Below are positions 25,101 through 37,370 of a stretch of 64,000 nt of DNA, one piece after another. Both the position numbers and the translations under genes were made by a program. A model generated the notes under the pieces. The model worked only from the letters and a program-made list of their open reading frames with translations, made no database searches and was not told the DNA's origin. The stretch is from Strigamia acuminata (lineage: Eukaryota). Location: positions 10,354,001-10,418,000 of the forward strand of contig OX442314.1 of assembly GCA_949358305.1 (NCBI GenBank), written 5' to 3'. Each line of letters starts with the position of its first letter. The first letter of the stretch is position 1.

Positions 25101-28100
25101 TTTCTTTGCTTGAAAATGTCATTTTAGAAGTTTATGACCATCCTCTGAGCCACTGATCACTTTGAAAATAAAAACCAGGTTTCAGAAATCAAATCCCAAA
25201 CTAAACACTTGATGTCACGAAGAATGAAAAATGCCATTACCAATCACGAAAACCCACAAGACAAATTCAATTTCAAATGAAAAATTCAAACCAAACTTTG
25301 AAAAACCACCAAAAACGACCAAATAATATTCTTGCCAAATAAATAATCAACCGCCACATAACTGAAGAAATATGAAAGAAAATACATTTCGAACTAGACC
25401 TATAGTAGGCCTAAAATGGCGCCAAACAATAGCAAAAGAACATAGTAAGACAATAAATGGATCATTTTTCAAAGAAATACGAATTCAAACTTGCTGAGAA
25501 AATCGCGGAAATGTTAATCCCGTGTTTATGAAACCAACCGACCTTTTGTAAATCAAACGCAAATTACATAACGTGAAAAACGAACGAACACAGCATGTCG
25601 AACAGCAAAATCTTGCTGTTCACCTCGCCTTGTGCAGATCGAGACGAAATTACGTGACAGATTATTGTTTAGCGTCTCGCGCTGAAAACGGTTCTTCTGC
25701 CCATGCGCAGAAAAGAAAACAATCCGACGACTACGGAGATTTGTTGGGGCCATCTGTCTTTTTCTTGCATCAGGGTGACTTCACTTTCTACAATTTAGAT
25801 AAATTTTTAAAATTGAAAAAGCACGTTGGGTTTGCTTTAAAATGTCATCAGGTTCGTTTTCATCGTCCATTACCAAGGTAGGAAATTTTCACGATCAGTT
25901 TGAATACGTTGTATTCAATTTGATCTCGGAGTGAATCGCTAAACATACTTAAAATTTCATTGATTTGAGCGTAAAAACCACAAACCCCCATCGTTTTGTG
26001 GGTGTTTTATAATTTTTCTAATTAAAAAAAAAATTAATTATTTTTTTTGGCTATTTACAGTACATCAACTTGAGGATCTAATTTTGATGATTTTGGTCAT
26101 TTTTATTCAAAAATTACATTTTTGCACCTGTAATAGTCGAATTTCACATATAAAATTACATTTTTCTGCCTACACACGCACTTTTGTCCCTTTTTCATCT
26201 ATTCTTTAAGATTTAATTTACAACAAACAAAATCACATTCAACATAAAAACACCAAAACTTCACAATTTTTCACTCAAACCTCGACCTTAGCAAACTTCA
26301 GGAAAATGCAGCTGGACTGGGTACAAATATAGTACCGGGAAATCGGGATGAGTCGGGCCACAGCCAACAGGGACAGGCTAGGGTGGACAGGGACAGGTCA
26401 CCGGGAAAAAAGTGGAAAAAAGTGAAAAAATTGGAACCCATCCTAATTATTTCCTAGACAACAAGCAAGGAGAATTTTCTAAATATTCCCTTACCAAGTC
26501 ACGGTCTGGACTGCCGTTCAAGCAACCGTTTTGTAACGTTTTACAGTGAGTGTTATAATAAAACAAGTCGGACTAATATGGCAATTAGGACTAGAAGCCC
26601 CTGCTAGCTATTCTACGGCAACCCAACACAAGCACAGTCAGGAGAAATTGTGGAAATAGTCGAAAGAAAGAGATAAAAGGATTCCAATAAAAGACAATTA
26701 AAAGTTGGATTTTTGCAACTCTGGAGAAAGTCATTTTGAAAAAAGTGAAAGCTTCTCAAAGGTTTACTAATATTTTAGATTAACACTAGAACAGCTAGAC
26801 TGGTCAAAATGACCCAATGGGTTTCCAATAGTGTGCTTTACATCATAAATCAGCAAACGTGGCATCTTTCTTAAAGAAGAATAAAAAAAAAGGAGAATTA
26901 ACATAGAACGACTGCACGCAATGTTTTGGCGTCAAATTGATTTGTTTTAAATAAAGAAACATAAAAAGACAAAGAACCACTCCATGAGTCATCCAGAAAA
27001 AGGTCTCACTCGAAATACTCCGTGCATGTAAACATAGTGTTTAATACTTCATATTTTAGCAATGAATTTTACGATTCGTTTACACCCGAAGAAAATTCAT
27101 TCATATTAATCGTAGCTTATGAAATTAGAAATTTACTTCCTGTCTACCAAGTCGCAATCTGGACTGCTGTTCAAGCAAAAGTATTGCCACGTTTTTCAGT
27201 GAGTGTCATCATAAAGCAAGTGCAACTGATTTGGCAATTACACCTAAAAGCCCCTAACACCCCACGCGTTGTATACGAACATTACGATTTGGAAGGGGTA
27301 GTACAATTGATTTTGAATTTGGATTTTTTTTTAAAGGTGGAAATTATATTGCCTAACTTAGGATTGGAACATCAATGTTCTCTCCTCTCTTTAAGCAAGG
27401 ATCAGTGTCACCCTGGTTATGGTGTGGCTAAGTTCTTGTCTTTAGTGTTATTATAAAAGTAATAAGTCATTTTGGTCACATTGAAGTGTTAGAATTATTA
27501 TTATTGAGTTTGAAAGTGTGCACACTCATTTGTTAAAAGGAGGCGGCGGCGGCGGTTGGACCACAATCCTGAATGTGTTTTCGCTGCTACAACAAATCTT
27601 TTCGATGGGATCAGCAATTTAGATTTTAGATTTTCTGTAATTTCACTAACATTTTATATTATATCTAGTATTGTGTAATTTAAGTATTATCTTTGTAATA
27701 CTAATTTATTCTCTCAAAGAATAAATTATTTGATTATCTTTTGAAACATTAAGCCTTTTTATTTGGCCATAACTTTAATTTAAAGCATTATTTGAATTAG
27801 TTTGATAAGTCTCTAGTAGAGCAACCAGTTGTAGTTTTGAAATTGACAAGAGCAATTTCAGGATCACAATGGGCATTGCCGGTTTACTTCTTATTTATTT
27901 ATTTATTTTATTTATACACATATTAGAGAATATGAACAAAATTTTGAAATTGCACGAAATCATCAGAATTCTGTATGTCATGGAAGATATCATTATTCTG
28001 CGTTAGACAACGAGAGGATTTGTTATTTTGTATCCAGTATGGCACGTCCAAGAACCCATCACGAATGGAATGAATTTGCAATTAAATATGTAAAAAAAAT

Positions 28101-31100
28101 GATTTTATAAAATATTATAAAAAATATAATTTTTATACATATTTTTATATATATTTAGTTTCCTGAAGGGATCACGGCCAGGGCTCTGCAGAGTCATTTG
28201 TATAAGCTGCAGGAAGGACCATGTTATTTGTATTGGCTGTTAGTTGGTGTATTAATTGCCCTTGGAACGGTCATTTTGTTTACATTGAAGTCTCTAGTAC
28301 TTGTAGAGCAAGCAGTTGTAATTTCAGGATCACAACAGTAGAGACATGTACGTTTGTCAACCTTCACAAATAACATAGAATAGAAAGTAACATCTACTCT
28401 GTTTCTGAGGTTGCCTTGCCAACATCAAAAAATGTGAGAATAACAAAATATATGTCCAGTGCAAAAAAATCAACCTCTCGTGTAAATGAATGCAGAAATA
28501 ACAAAAAACAAGAAATAGCAGCGCTAAGTGAATATTTTAGTAAATATAAATTTATAATTCACGTGTATTCTTAGTTTTAATGTGTTTAGAATAGAATAAA
28601 TTTATTTATTTGTTTGTTAATCCGTTTTCATTTGTCAGTCATATTTGTTTATTTTGGAGGTGGTTTGATGGTTACCGCCATTACTCTACTAATTTGGGAG
28701 ATTAAGGGAAGATGCCATAAGTATACGTCGTACAAATGTTTTCGACTTAGAGAGTTTGCTCTCCAGCAACTACACGATCACGGAAAAATAACCGAGTAAG
28801 CCTTAGAACGGTGGCGGCCGTCAAGAGATGCTCTAAGATCCAAAATCAAGAAGTTACTTCAAAGTTAGAAGCTGAAAATTATTTATTTATTATTCTATGT
28901 TGCTAAATTTGTTTTAATATCTCCCGCCAAGAATGTTCGGAATAAAAGTGTTTGGTATTTACTCGATTTGTTTGTGTTTTTTATCACTGAAAAGTAATGG
29001 CGCTGATCGCTTGTCAGTGTCCATATATCGGCAACTTTTACCGTTAAAAGATTTTACAATTGGCACAAACACAGGTCCCTAAACGGAGTCATGGAGTTTT
29101 TTAACTTCATAAAACACTGCCATTGGCTGAAATTATCACAAACAACATGAAGTTGAAATTAAGAAATAATTTAACTTCATTGCAGTTGCCAAAAATGCTA
29201 GATATTCTATGGCAACCCAACACAAGCAGTCAGGAGAAAGAGATAAAAGGATTCCAATAAGAGAGAATAAAAAGTTGGATATTAACCAAATTGAACACAC
29301 AAGAAACGAAAAAAACTTTCCACCAGGTTGTTCTTTTGATTTCAATTAAAGTTCTGATTAAGAAGAGATAATTGAGTGAATCAATTTATTTATCAGTTTA
29401 GTCAGTTATTAAAAGAAATTTTAGATTAAAATCCAAAGTGATATAGCAAGGAACCATACAAGAAAGCACTGTTGTGATTCCAAAGTTAGCACAAATGTTA
29501 GTCCCATGTTTATAGTTAGTATCAAGTCTGGTCACAATGTCCTGTCCGAAATGTGAGCCACAACTAAGTCAACACTGCAAAAGACCTCCATTTTCGGAGA
29601 CATTACGGTATTTTAGTTACTAATTTGACTAATCGTCATCCAACAGTATCGCAATACATCCACCCATAGTACACAATAGGAACCGATTAAAAGGATTAAA
29701 TGGAAGAGAGATGTGAAACGTGCCAGTACGACCATTGTGCCTTTGTGACCATTTTGACCGTGACTATGCAGTTTTCCGATAAGTATCATTTCATTTATTA
29801 TAAGTTAGTAGTTTGGTATTTATACTTCATTCTGTATATTTTATTTTTATTTGCAAGATTTGCAAAAAAACAAAATGGAAGTTTTGTCTATCCTGAAAAC
29901 AGGACCTGGATATGTGGAAAGATTCCAAGAAATGATCCAGACTTTTTCTGGAACTAAATCTGTATCGTTCTAGAAACGATTTAGTTTAAACTTGGACAAA
30001 TAGAGTCCAAGGTTTAAACTTTTAAAGTTATAATTTTTTTTAATTCTTTAGTTTACTTAAGTTTTCTGCTGTTTTTCAGTAATTTTCAACAGTGTAAAAA
30101 GATGGATTTCACCAGAGGAACAAACAGAAACAGGTTTTCTTTTGCTAAAAAATTAATAAATTAATTTTTAATATTTAATTTTCATTTCATTTTTTTTTGT
30201 ATTGCAGGTATTTAGAAGTGGAGGAATTCTTGGAGTTATATCCAAATTTGGAAACCTATTTTAAAAAAGACAACAGAAAAGAGAGTCCTCTATATGAGTC
30301 ACATGTAAGATCTTATGTAGTGACAAAATATTTTTACCTACAAGAAAGTGACTTGACAACACTCATGAAAAGCCACCGTTACATCTTAACGCCGATTGTG
30401 AAGGTGGTTTCAGCCCATTCATGGTAATTTAATAAAAAGAAAATTATTTTTTAAGAAATTGTCATAAAATAATAGCATTGTAAATCCATACAGCTGTTGT
30501 AAACACTAGAACGGCCAGACCATGACCGTTCTAGTGTTAATAAAAAAAAATTAATTGCAGGTCCGTTAAACAAGAGGGCCAGGTTGTGTGTGGCACCTGA
30601 GGTTGAACCTGAGGTTAAACCTGTGGTTACTCTGAGACTCAAGAAAAATCGCCGGAGGAGTGGACCCGTCATTTTCCCGACACAAATTTCTCCATTATTC
30701 GAGAAGGAGAAATACTACGTGGAAAATATCGACACATTCGAAAGTGTGCAAACGTGATATTTTGGCATATATTCGTCAAAACAATTTGTAACATTTTGGG
30801 AGTGCCAAGTCACATTTTTGGAATGAAGATTTGTTTTAACAAGAAGGGAATTGTATTTCAAGCATTGTAAGCATGGATTCGATCAAACGGACACAAAAAG
30901 ACAGGTTTTTCTTTGCTAAAAAATTAATAAATTAATTTTTAATATTTAGTTTTTATTTTATTTTATTTTTGTATTGCAGGGATTTAGAAGTAGAGGAATT
31001 TTTGGAATTATATCCGAATTTGGAGAGTTATTTCAACGACGACAATAGAAGCGAGGGTGCCTTATATGAATCGCATGTAAGAAGTTAAGTGATGACTAAA

Positions 31101-31511
31101 CATTGTATAGGCACATATTGTGCACGTATTGTGCATGTTTGGTGTGTAATTAAAGGTCTGTGCCACCCCCATCCGTGCTTAGAGTTTAACGTGCAAGAAG
31201 CCTTGCAGAGAAGTTTTATGTTATCCCTTTGATATTAATAAATAAAAATATATATTTACTGTGGTACATTTTCTTGTTCGTTTTGTTTATCATTACAATA
31301 ACTGTACTGTATGCAATTTGAGTTTTGCAATTGGGGTTTGCGGAATTAGCAAATTCATAAGCATCATATTGTGTGCTTTGGGACAGTTACCCGATTAAGT
31401 AAGTATTGAAAGATAATTCTTTTAGAGTAGAAAAAAACTTAATTCACAGGGTATTTTTAACCTAGGACGAAAAAAATACAAGGAGCACGAGCCGCGGCCA
31501 CTTGCTGGAGG

Positions 31512-31622
31512 CAGTGCTAGACTGGAAAGAAATTTAGTACCGGGAAATGATCGAGCCACGGGAACAAATTTATACCGGCCACCGGGAAGTTCCCGGTATC
31601 CCACCCGGCCAGTCCAGCATTG
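31512..31622. mobile_element. Short hAT-like TIR element; related ends at 14700/15418, 20111, ~23010-23041 and ~26310
   Basis: Termini CAGTGCTAGACTGG and CCAGTCCAGCATTG, with internal ACCGGG/CCCGGT repeats. No clear TSD. Confidence 0.55.
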
Positions 31623-33201
31623 GGGTTTTGTGTCAGATAGGCAACAGTAGAACAAGTTATTAATATTGAACCAGAAATATAAATACAAATAGAAAGACAA
31701 TCGGAAGGTTAGCCCAAGAAGTTTTAAAGAAATGAAAATTGTTGAAAGATTTTTTTTTTCTGTCCATATATCGGGAGGTTTTTAACTTCATAAAACACTG
31801 CCATTGGCTGAAATTATCACACAATATGAAGAAGTTGAAATTAAGAAATAATTTAACTTCATTTCAGTTGCCAAAAATGCTTGCTATTCGATGGCAACTC
31901 AACACAAGCACAGTCAAAAGAAATTGTGGAAATAGTCAAGAGAAAGAAATAAAAGGATTCCAATAAGAGACAATAAAAAGTTGGATATTAACCAAACTGA
32001 ACACACAAGAAACGAAAACAACTTTCCACCATGTTGTTGTTATTTTAAACAGCAAAAATTTTTTCTTGCATTTGTTAATCTTATGAGGATTTTTGCAACT
32101 CTGGAGAAAGTAATTTTGAAAAAAGTGAAAGCTTCTCAAAGGTTTACAAATATTTTAGTTTAACAACAACTGTCAAAATGACCCAATGGGTTTTTCCAAT
32201 AGTGTTTTTTGATGCTTTACATCAGAAAACTGCAAACGCGGCATTTTTCTTAAAGAAGAATAAAAAAAGCGAATTAACCTAGAATGAAACCGATCCGACC
32301 GGTCCGTGCACGTTCAGAAACACCTTGGGGCGTCCTCAACAAAGATGAAAAGACAAAGAACCACTCCTGGCTTTTAAAGTCCTGTTCCATGGGTCATCCA
32401 GAAAAGGGTGACTGAAAAATTTTCCACACTCTCAGAGAAGTCCAACCAAGAGCATTTGAAACGATTGATTACAAATAGAAGAGCAAGAACCTTGACCATC
32501 CTCTGAGCCACTGATTACTTTGAAAATAAAAACCAGGGTTCAGAAATCATATCCCAAACTGAACACTTCATGTCATGAAAAATGGCATATTACGAAAACC
32601 CACAAGACAAATGCAGTTTCAAATGAAAAATTTGAAAACTTTGAAAAACCACCAAAAAGAACCAAAAAGCTCCAAAAGGCGCATCAAATAATATTCTTGC
32701 CAAATAAATACTCAACTGCCACATAACTGAAGAAATACGGAAGAAAATACAATTCGAACTAGGCCTATAGTAGGCCCAAAATGGCGAAAAACAATATCAA
32801 AAGAACACATGTAAGAAAATAAATGAATCATTTAGAAATACGAATTCAAACTTGCTGAGAAATTTGCGGAAATGTTAATCCCGTGTTTATGAAACCAACC
32901 AACCTTTTGGAAATCAAACGCGAATTAAATAACGCGAAAAACGAACACGACATGATGTCGAAGAGCAAAATCTTGTTGTTCACCTCGCCTTGTGCTGAGC
33001 GAGACGAAATTGCGTGACAGATTATTGTTTAGCATCTAGTATTGTTTATAGCATCGTCATAAAACGACCAAAACAATTTTATTTTTAGTTTTTCAATTTT
33101 CAATTTGTAGGTGGCGCATCAGGGCCACCACACTAGTGTTCGTCCAAGATTAAATAAACATAAATAAAATGTAACAAAATAAAATAAAAAAAGCAAATTA
33201 C

Positions 33202-36200
33202 CTTTATCAGGGCATGCTCCAGTCTCGCTTCGACATCATCGTTTCGCCATTCGTCCGTTTTAGCGACATCTTTGATCCTTTTGTCGCACTTTTGCGCGTA
33301 CGATAACAAATTTTCGGTCCCTTGAGGGTCGCGATTCCATAACAAATCCTCGCACAACTTCAATAATTCGGGTTCGATGTCGTCGTAAACTGGGAGAGAG
33401 CCCGCGTTGACGATTCCCATGTCCATTCCGGCTTTAATCGCGTGGTATAGAAAGACCGAGTGCATTGCTTCGCGAATTACTTCCAAACCGCGGAAGGAAA
33501 AGGAGAAATTCGACACTCCACCGCTTATACGACATCCCGGAAGTGTTTTCTGAAATGAAGTCGATTAAAAAGCGCAAAAATTAAGCAAATTTCTTATTCT
33601 TCACTTTGATTATTTTCAAGGCATTTATGAATTCCAAGCCGTACGAATTGTGCTCCGCAATTCCAGTCGCAATCGTTAATATATTTGGATCAAAAATGAT
33701 GTCGTTTGGATTAAATCCGACTTTTTCGACTAAAATTTTGTACGAACGGGTGCAAATTTCGACTTTCCTTTCAGTTTCTGCAGCCTGCAGTTAAAGAAAT
33801 CATTAAAAACCACTAAAAATCGTTAAAAGTCATTAAAAATCATAGAAAAATCATGAAAAGTCATTAAAAATCATGAAAAATTTATCAAAAGTCATGAAAA
33901 ATTTATGAAAAATCATGAAAAATTAATGAAAAATCATGACAAATCATAAAAAATCATGAAAAATTATGAAAAATCATAAAAAAAATCATTAAAAAAACAT
34001 TAAAACAATGTTTAAAAAATCATTAACGTAAAAAAAGTATTAATTTCACCTGTCCCAACTCGTCAAATGCCATCACGACAACAGCGGCACCGAATTTCTT
34101 AATAATTTTTGCTTTAGCAACAAAATCTTCTTCCCCTTCTTTCAAACTTATTGAATTAACGATGCATTTTCCTTGAACACATTTGAGACCGGCTTCAATG
34201 ACGGCAAAATTAGACGAATCAATGCAAATTGGTACCTGACAATAATAAAAAATGGTCAAATTTCATTCGTTATTACTAAATTTGTTTATTACTTTGCAAA
34301 TTTCAGGTTCGGACGAAACAAAATTCAAAAATTTCGGCATAACTGCTTTCCCGTTCAACATCCCTTCGTCCATGTTGACATCGAGAATTTGCGCACCAAG
34401 TTCCACTTGAGACTTGGCAATCGACAGCGCTTCCTAAACACATCGACGTAAGCGATTAATTTATTTACCAAATTTAAATTTATTTAATTTCAAACCTCAA
34501 ATTTTCCACCGGCGATCAACCGAGCAAATCTCTTTGATCCCGCAACATTACATCGTTCGCCGATGTTAGTGAACAATGTATCACTTCCGAGCCTAGTCGC
34601 TTCTAAACCTACAAAGAAATAATTGAATGAATTGAATATGAACTTTTGAAGTGGAAAATTGCTTCTTTTATGCAAAAAAAAGTTCCATTTTCCTTCAATA
34701 TTATTACCAGAAAGTTGTAAATATTCACTGTACACATGCACGGGTGGTACTCTTGGTGTTTCGCTCTTCATAGCCTCGGCAATCGCCCTGATAAACATTT
34801 TTATTTTCAAAAAACACATCCAATTTAAATAATTTATTAATTTACAAACTTAATGTGCTCCGGTGTTGTACCACAACAGCCCCCGACTATATTCACGAGA
34901 CCGCTCCTAGCAAATTCCTTCATAAATAAAATAAATATAAATAAAAATAAATAATTTTTTTTTAATTTAAACCTTTAATTGACTAGCGATCATTTCCGGA
35001 GTTTCGTCGTATCCCCCAAAAGCATTTGGCAAACCTTAAAAATCAATATAAATAAATTAAAAAACGAGAAATTAAAACGAGGCCTAAACGTTTACCAGCA
35101 TTCGGGTAACAAATCACGTAAGCCGGCGTACACAAACCAATATTTTCGATGAAAGGACGCATTTCTATGGCCCCTAAAGCACAGTTCAAACCGATCCTGA
35201 AACAAAAACGAAAAAGAATAATAATTAAAATAATAATTTTGATTATTTTAAGAGGTGTTGTGATTACGCTAAAGGATTTGCGTGCGAAACACTAATAACA
35301 AATGCGTCGCCAGTTTGTCCTGAGAGAGTTCGTCCACTTTTATCCACAATTGTCCCTGAAATCTAAAGAAAACAATTAAAACCGACAACACTTTATTCAC
35401 TAATCGTATTACAATGACTGGAACCGGCTCGTATTTCTCCTCAAATAACGTTTTCACGGCGTAAATAGCGGCCTTTGAATTAGCAGTATCGAATATAGTT
35501 TCAATTAAAAGCAAATCGACATCTCCGTCCAATAAACCGCACATTTGTTCGGTGTATGCTGCCACTAATTCATCAAAACCTGCAAATTAACGTGTAAGAT
35601 ATCAATTTTCTTGATTTTTAACGTTTAAAATATCAATTTTCTTGATTTTTAACGTTTAAAATATCAATTTTCTTGACTTTTAACGTTTAAAATATCAATC
35701 TTCTTAATTTTTAACGTTTAAAATATCAATTTTCTTGACTTTTAACGTTTAAAATATCAATCTTCTTGATTTTTAACGTTTAAAATATCAATTTTCTTGA
35801 ATTTTAACGTTTAAAATATCAATCTTCTTGATTTTGAACGTTTAAAATATCAATTTTCTTGAATTTTAACGTATAAAATGTCAATGTTCTTGATTTTTAA
35901 CGTTAAAAATCCCAATTTTCCTGATTTTTAACGTTGAAACGTCTACAACATCAATTTTCTTTATTTTTAACGCTAAAATACAAATTTTTTCAATTTTTTA
36001 AAATAATGTTTATACTTATGTTTCTAAATTCTGGTTTCTCAACCGACGGTGAAATAGATAAAGTTTTATTCGTGGGTCCTACAGATCCCGCCACGAATCG
36101 ACGGATTCCCGTTGAAGCAAAAACATCATCGGCCGCTCGTCGCGCAATTCTCGCGGATTCATAGTTCAATCTGTAACACTGCGCACAAAAATTAATGATT

Positions 36201-36696
36201 AATAATAATTAATTAGGGAAGATTTTTCTTTTCTTACAATATGCTCTAATCCGTAATCGGCTTGTGCGATTGACGTGCTACTGAAAGTGTTTGTTTCGAT
36301 AATATCCGCTCCCACATTCAAATAAGTCTTGAAAAAAGAGAAAATTTTTACTTTCCGATCACCAAGCCGCAACTAATTTACTTTGTGAATGTCGTAGATA
36401 ATTTCCGGTTGCGTTAAACTCAATAAATCGTTATTTCCTTTGAGACTTTTCGCATGATTTACGAATTCCGAGCCTCGAAATGCATCTTCGTCCAAACGAT
36501 GCTTTTGGATCATCGTTCCCATGGCGCCATCGATGATCAAAATTCGCTCTTGGATCGCGTTTAAAAGCCTGTTCTCCTTCTCTGAAACAAAAAAATCAAA
36601 TCAAATTAATAAATATTCATTTTAAGTATTCTTAAAAATTAGGTTTTCATTCGATATGTTCGCAGAAACGAATTATTTCTGTGGTTTACCCGTCAT
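33202..36696 (-). CDS. MTR: Cobalamin-dependent methionine synthase, upstream exons (homocysteine- and folate-binding domains)
   Basis: ATG at 36696 (micro-exon ATGACGG). Exons 36382-36581, 36238-36327, 36016-36178 and further exons down to 33202-33549 give [76 protein letters not shown] and [19 protein letters not shown]. The last exon joins in phase 0 to the exon starting at 1648. Confidence 0.97.
33800..34020. repeat. Intronic degenerate 10-bp repeat GAAAAATCAT
   Basis: Tandem copies in an MTR intron. Confidence 0.85.
35598..35975. repeat. Intronic minisatellite, 31-bp unit
   Basis: ATCAATTTTCTTGATTTTTAACGTTTAAAAT at 35601, 35632, 35663 and onward. Confidence 0.93.
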
Positions 36697-36699
36697 TTT

Positions 36700-37160
36700 C
36701 GAGTGAATCTGATTTTTTTCAGCTGAACAATCGTACAAAGAGTCGTTCAATGTCCAAGGCAAAAATCTGTAATAAGATATATAACATCAGTTTGTCTATT
36801 TGATATTTAACGTGTCAAATGTGCGCACTAAAACCGACCAAAACACATAAACTCACCAAACAAAATAAAAAAATAAAAATAAAAATTCAAGAAGTCACAA
36901 TTGGCTAAAAGCACCCAAATATTTTTTTAAAAATTTATTTGTCCCGATCTTCGTCGACATTCATCCATTAAAACTATTCCATTTATCTAAAACAAACTTT
37001 CCAAAACTTTAATTTGATCTTTGAACACCTGTCATAGTAAGTTACCAATCCCCGCATAGATGCGCCGTTAAATTAAACCGTCGCTAGATGTCGCGAAATC
37101 CTCATTCCTGATGACGTAAACATCACTGGTGGACTTCGTGGCGTAAAGGAATTGATAGTA
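36700..37160. promoter_or_regulatory. Probable bidirectional promoter shared by MTR and STX5
   Basis: Divergent genes less than 700 bp apart. CRE/ATF-like TGACGTAA at ~37113 and ACCAAT at ~37044. Confidence 0.5.
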
Positions 37161-37370
37161 TTTATTTATTTTATAAAGTTATTACACGTCGATTAATACA
37201 AATTCCCCGCACGTTCCAACACCGACGAACCGAACGACTTAATTCGCGACACGAAACAAAACCCTCGGACAATCCACGGTGAGTAAATCGCCGCAATCTG
37301 GAAGTTTTTCGCACAAAAATTAAACAAATTTTCCACTTTTTTTTTTCCAGATTAATTGACATGTTGATGA

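Larger units (their letters stand above)
1886..33152. mobile_element. Giant composite non-autonomous element with ~500-bp inverted termini and about four rearranged tandem units
   Basis: 1886-2390 (AATCTTGGACGAACACTAGTG...) is the reverse complement of ~32740-33152 (...CACTAGTGTTCGTCCAAGATT). The same terminal module recurs directly at ~2926-3376, ~11005-11465, ~16960-17590 and ~25355-25679. Internal modules are shared between units. No intact transposase was seen. Confidence 0.7.
1649..33201 (-). other. Giant ~31.5-kb MTR intron
   Basis: Donor AAG|GTAATT at 33201 and acceptor TTTAG|GGA at 1649 join ...LEHALIK to GIDKYV..., which is contiguous in known MTR proteins. Other MTR introns here are ~50-430 bp. 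Confidence 0.93.

Noticed and set aside
1886..33152. Firm assignment as Maverick/Polinton, Helitron or Teratorn-like virus
   Set aside because: No pPolB, packaging ATPase, capsid, RepHel or piggyBac transposase motifs could be read. The class is left unresolved.
1649..33201. Intron created de novo by the mobile element
   Set aside because: Both splice sites lie outside the inverted termini, so insertion into a pre-existing intron is simpler. The position also appears to match a vertebrate MTR intron, from memory and not verified.
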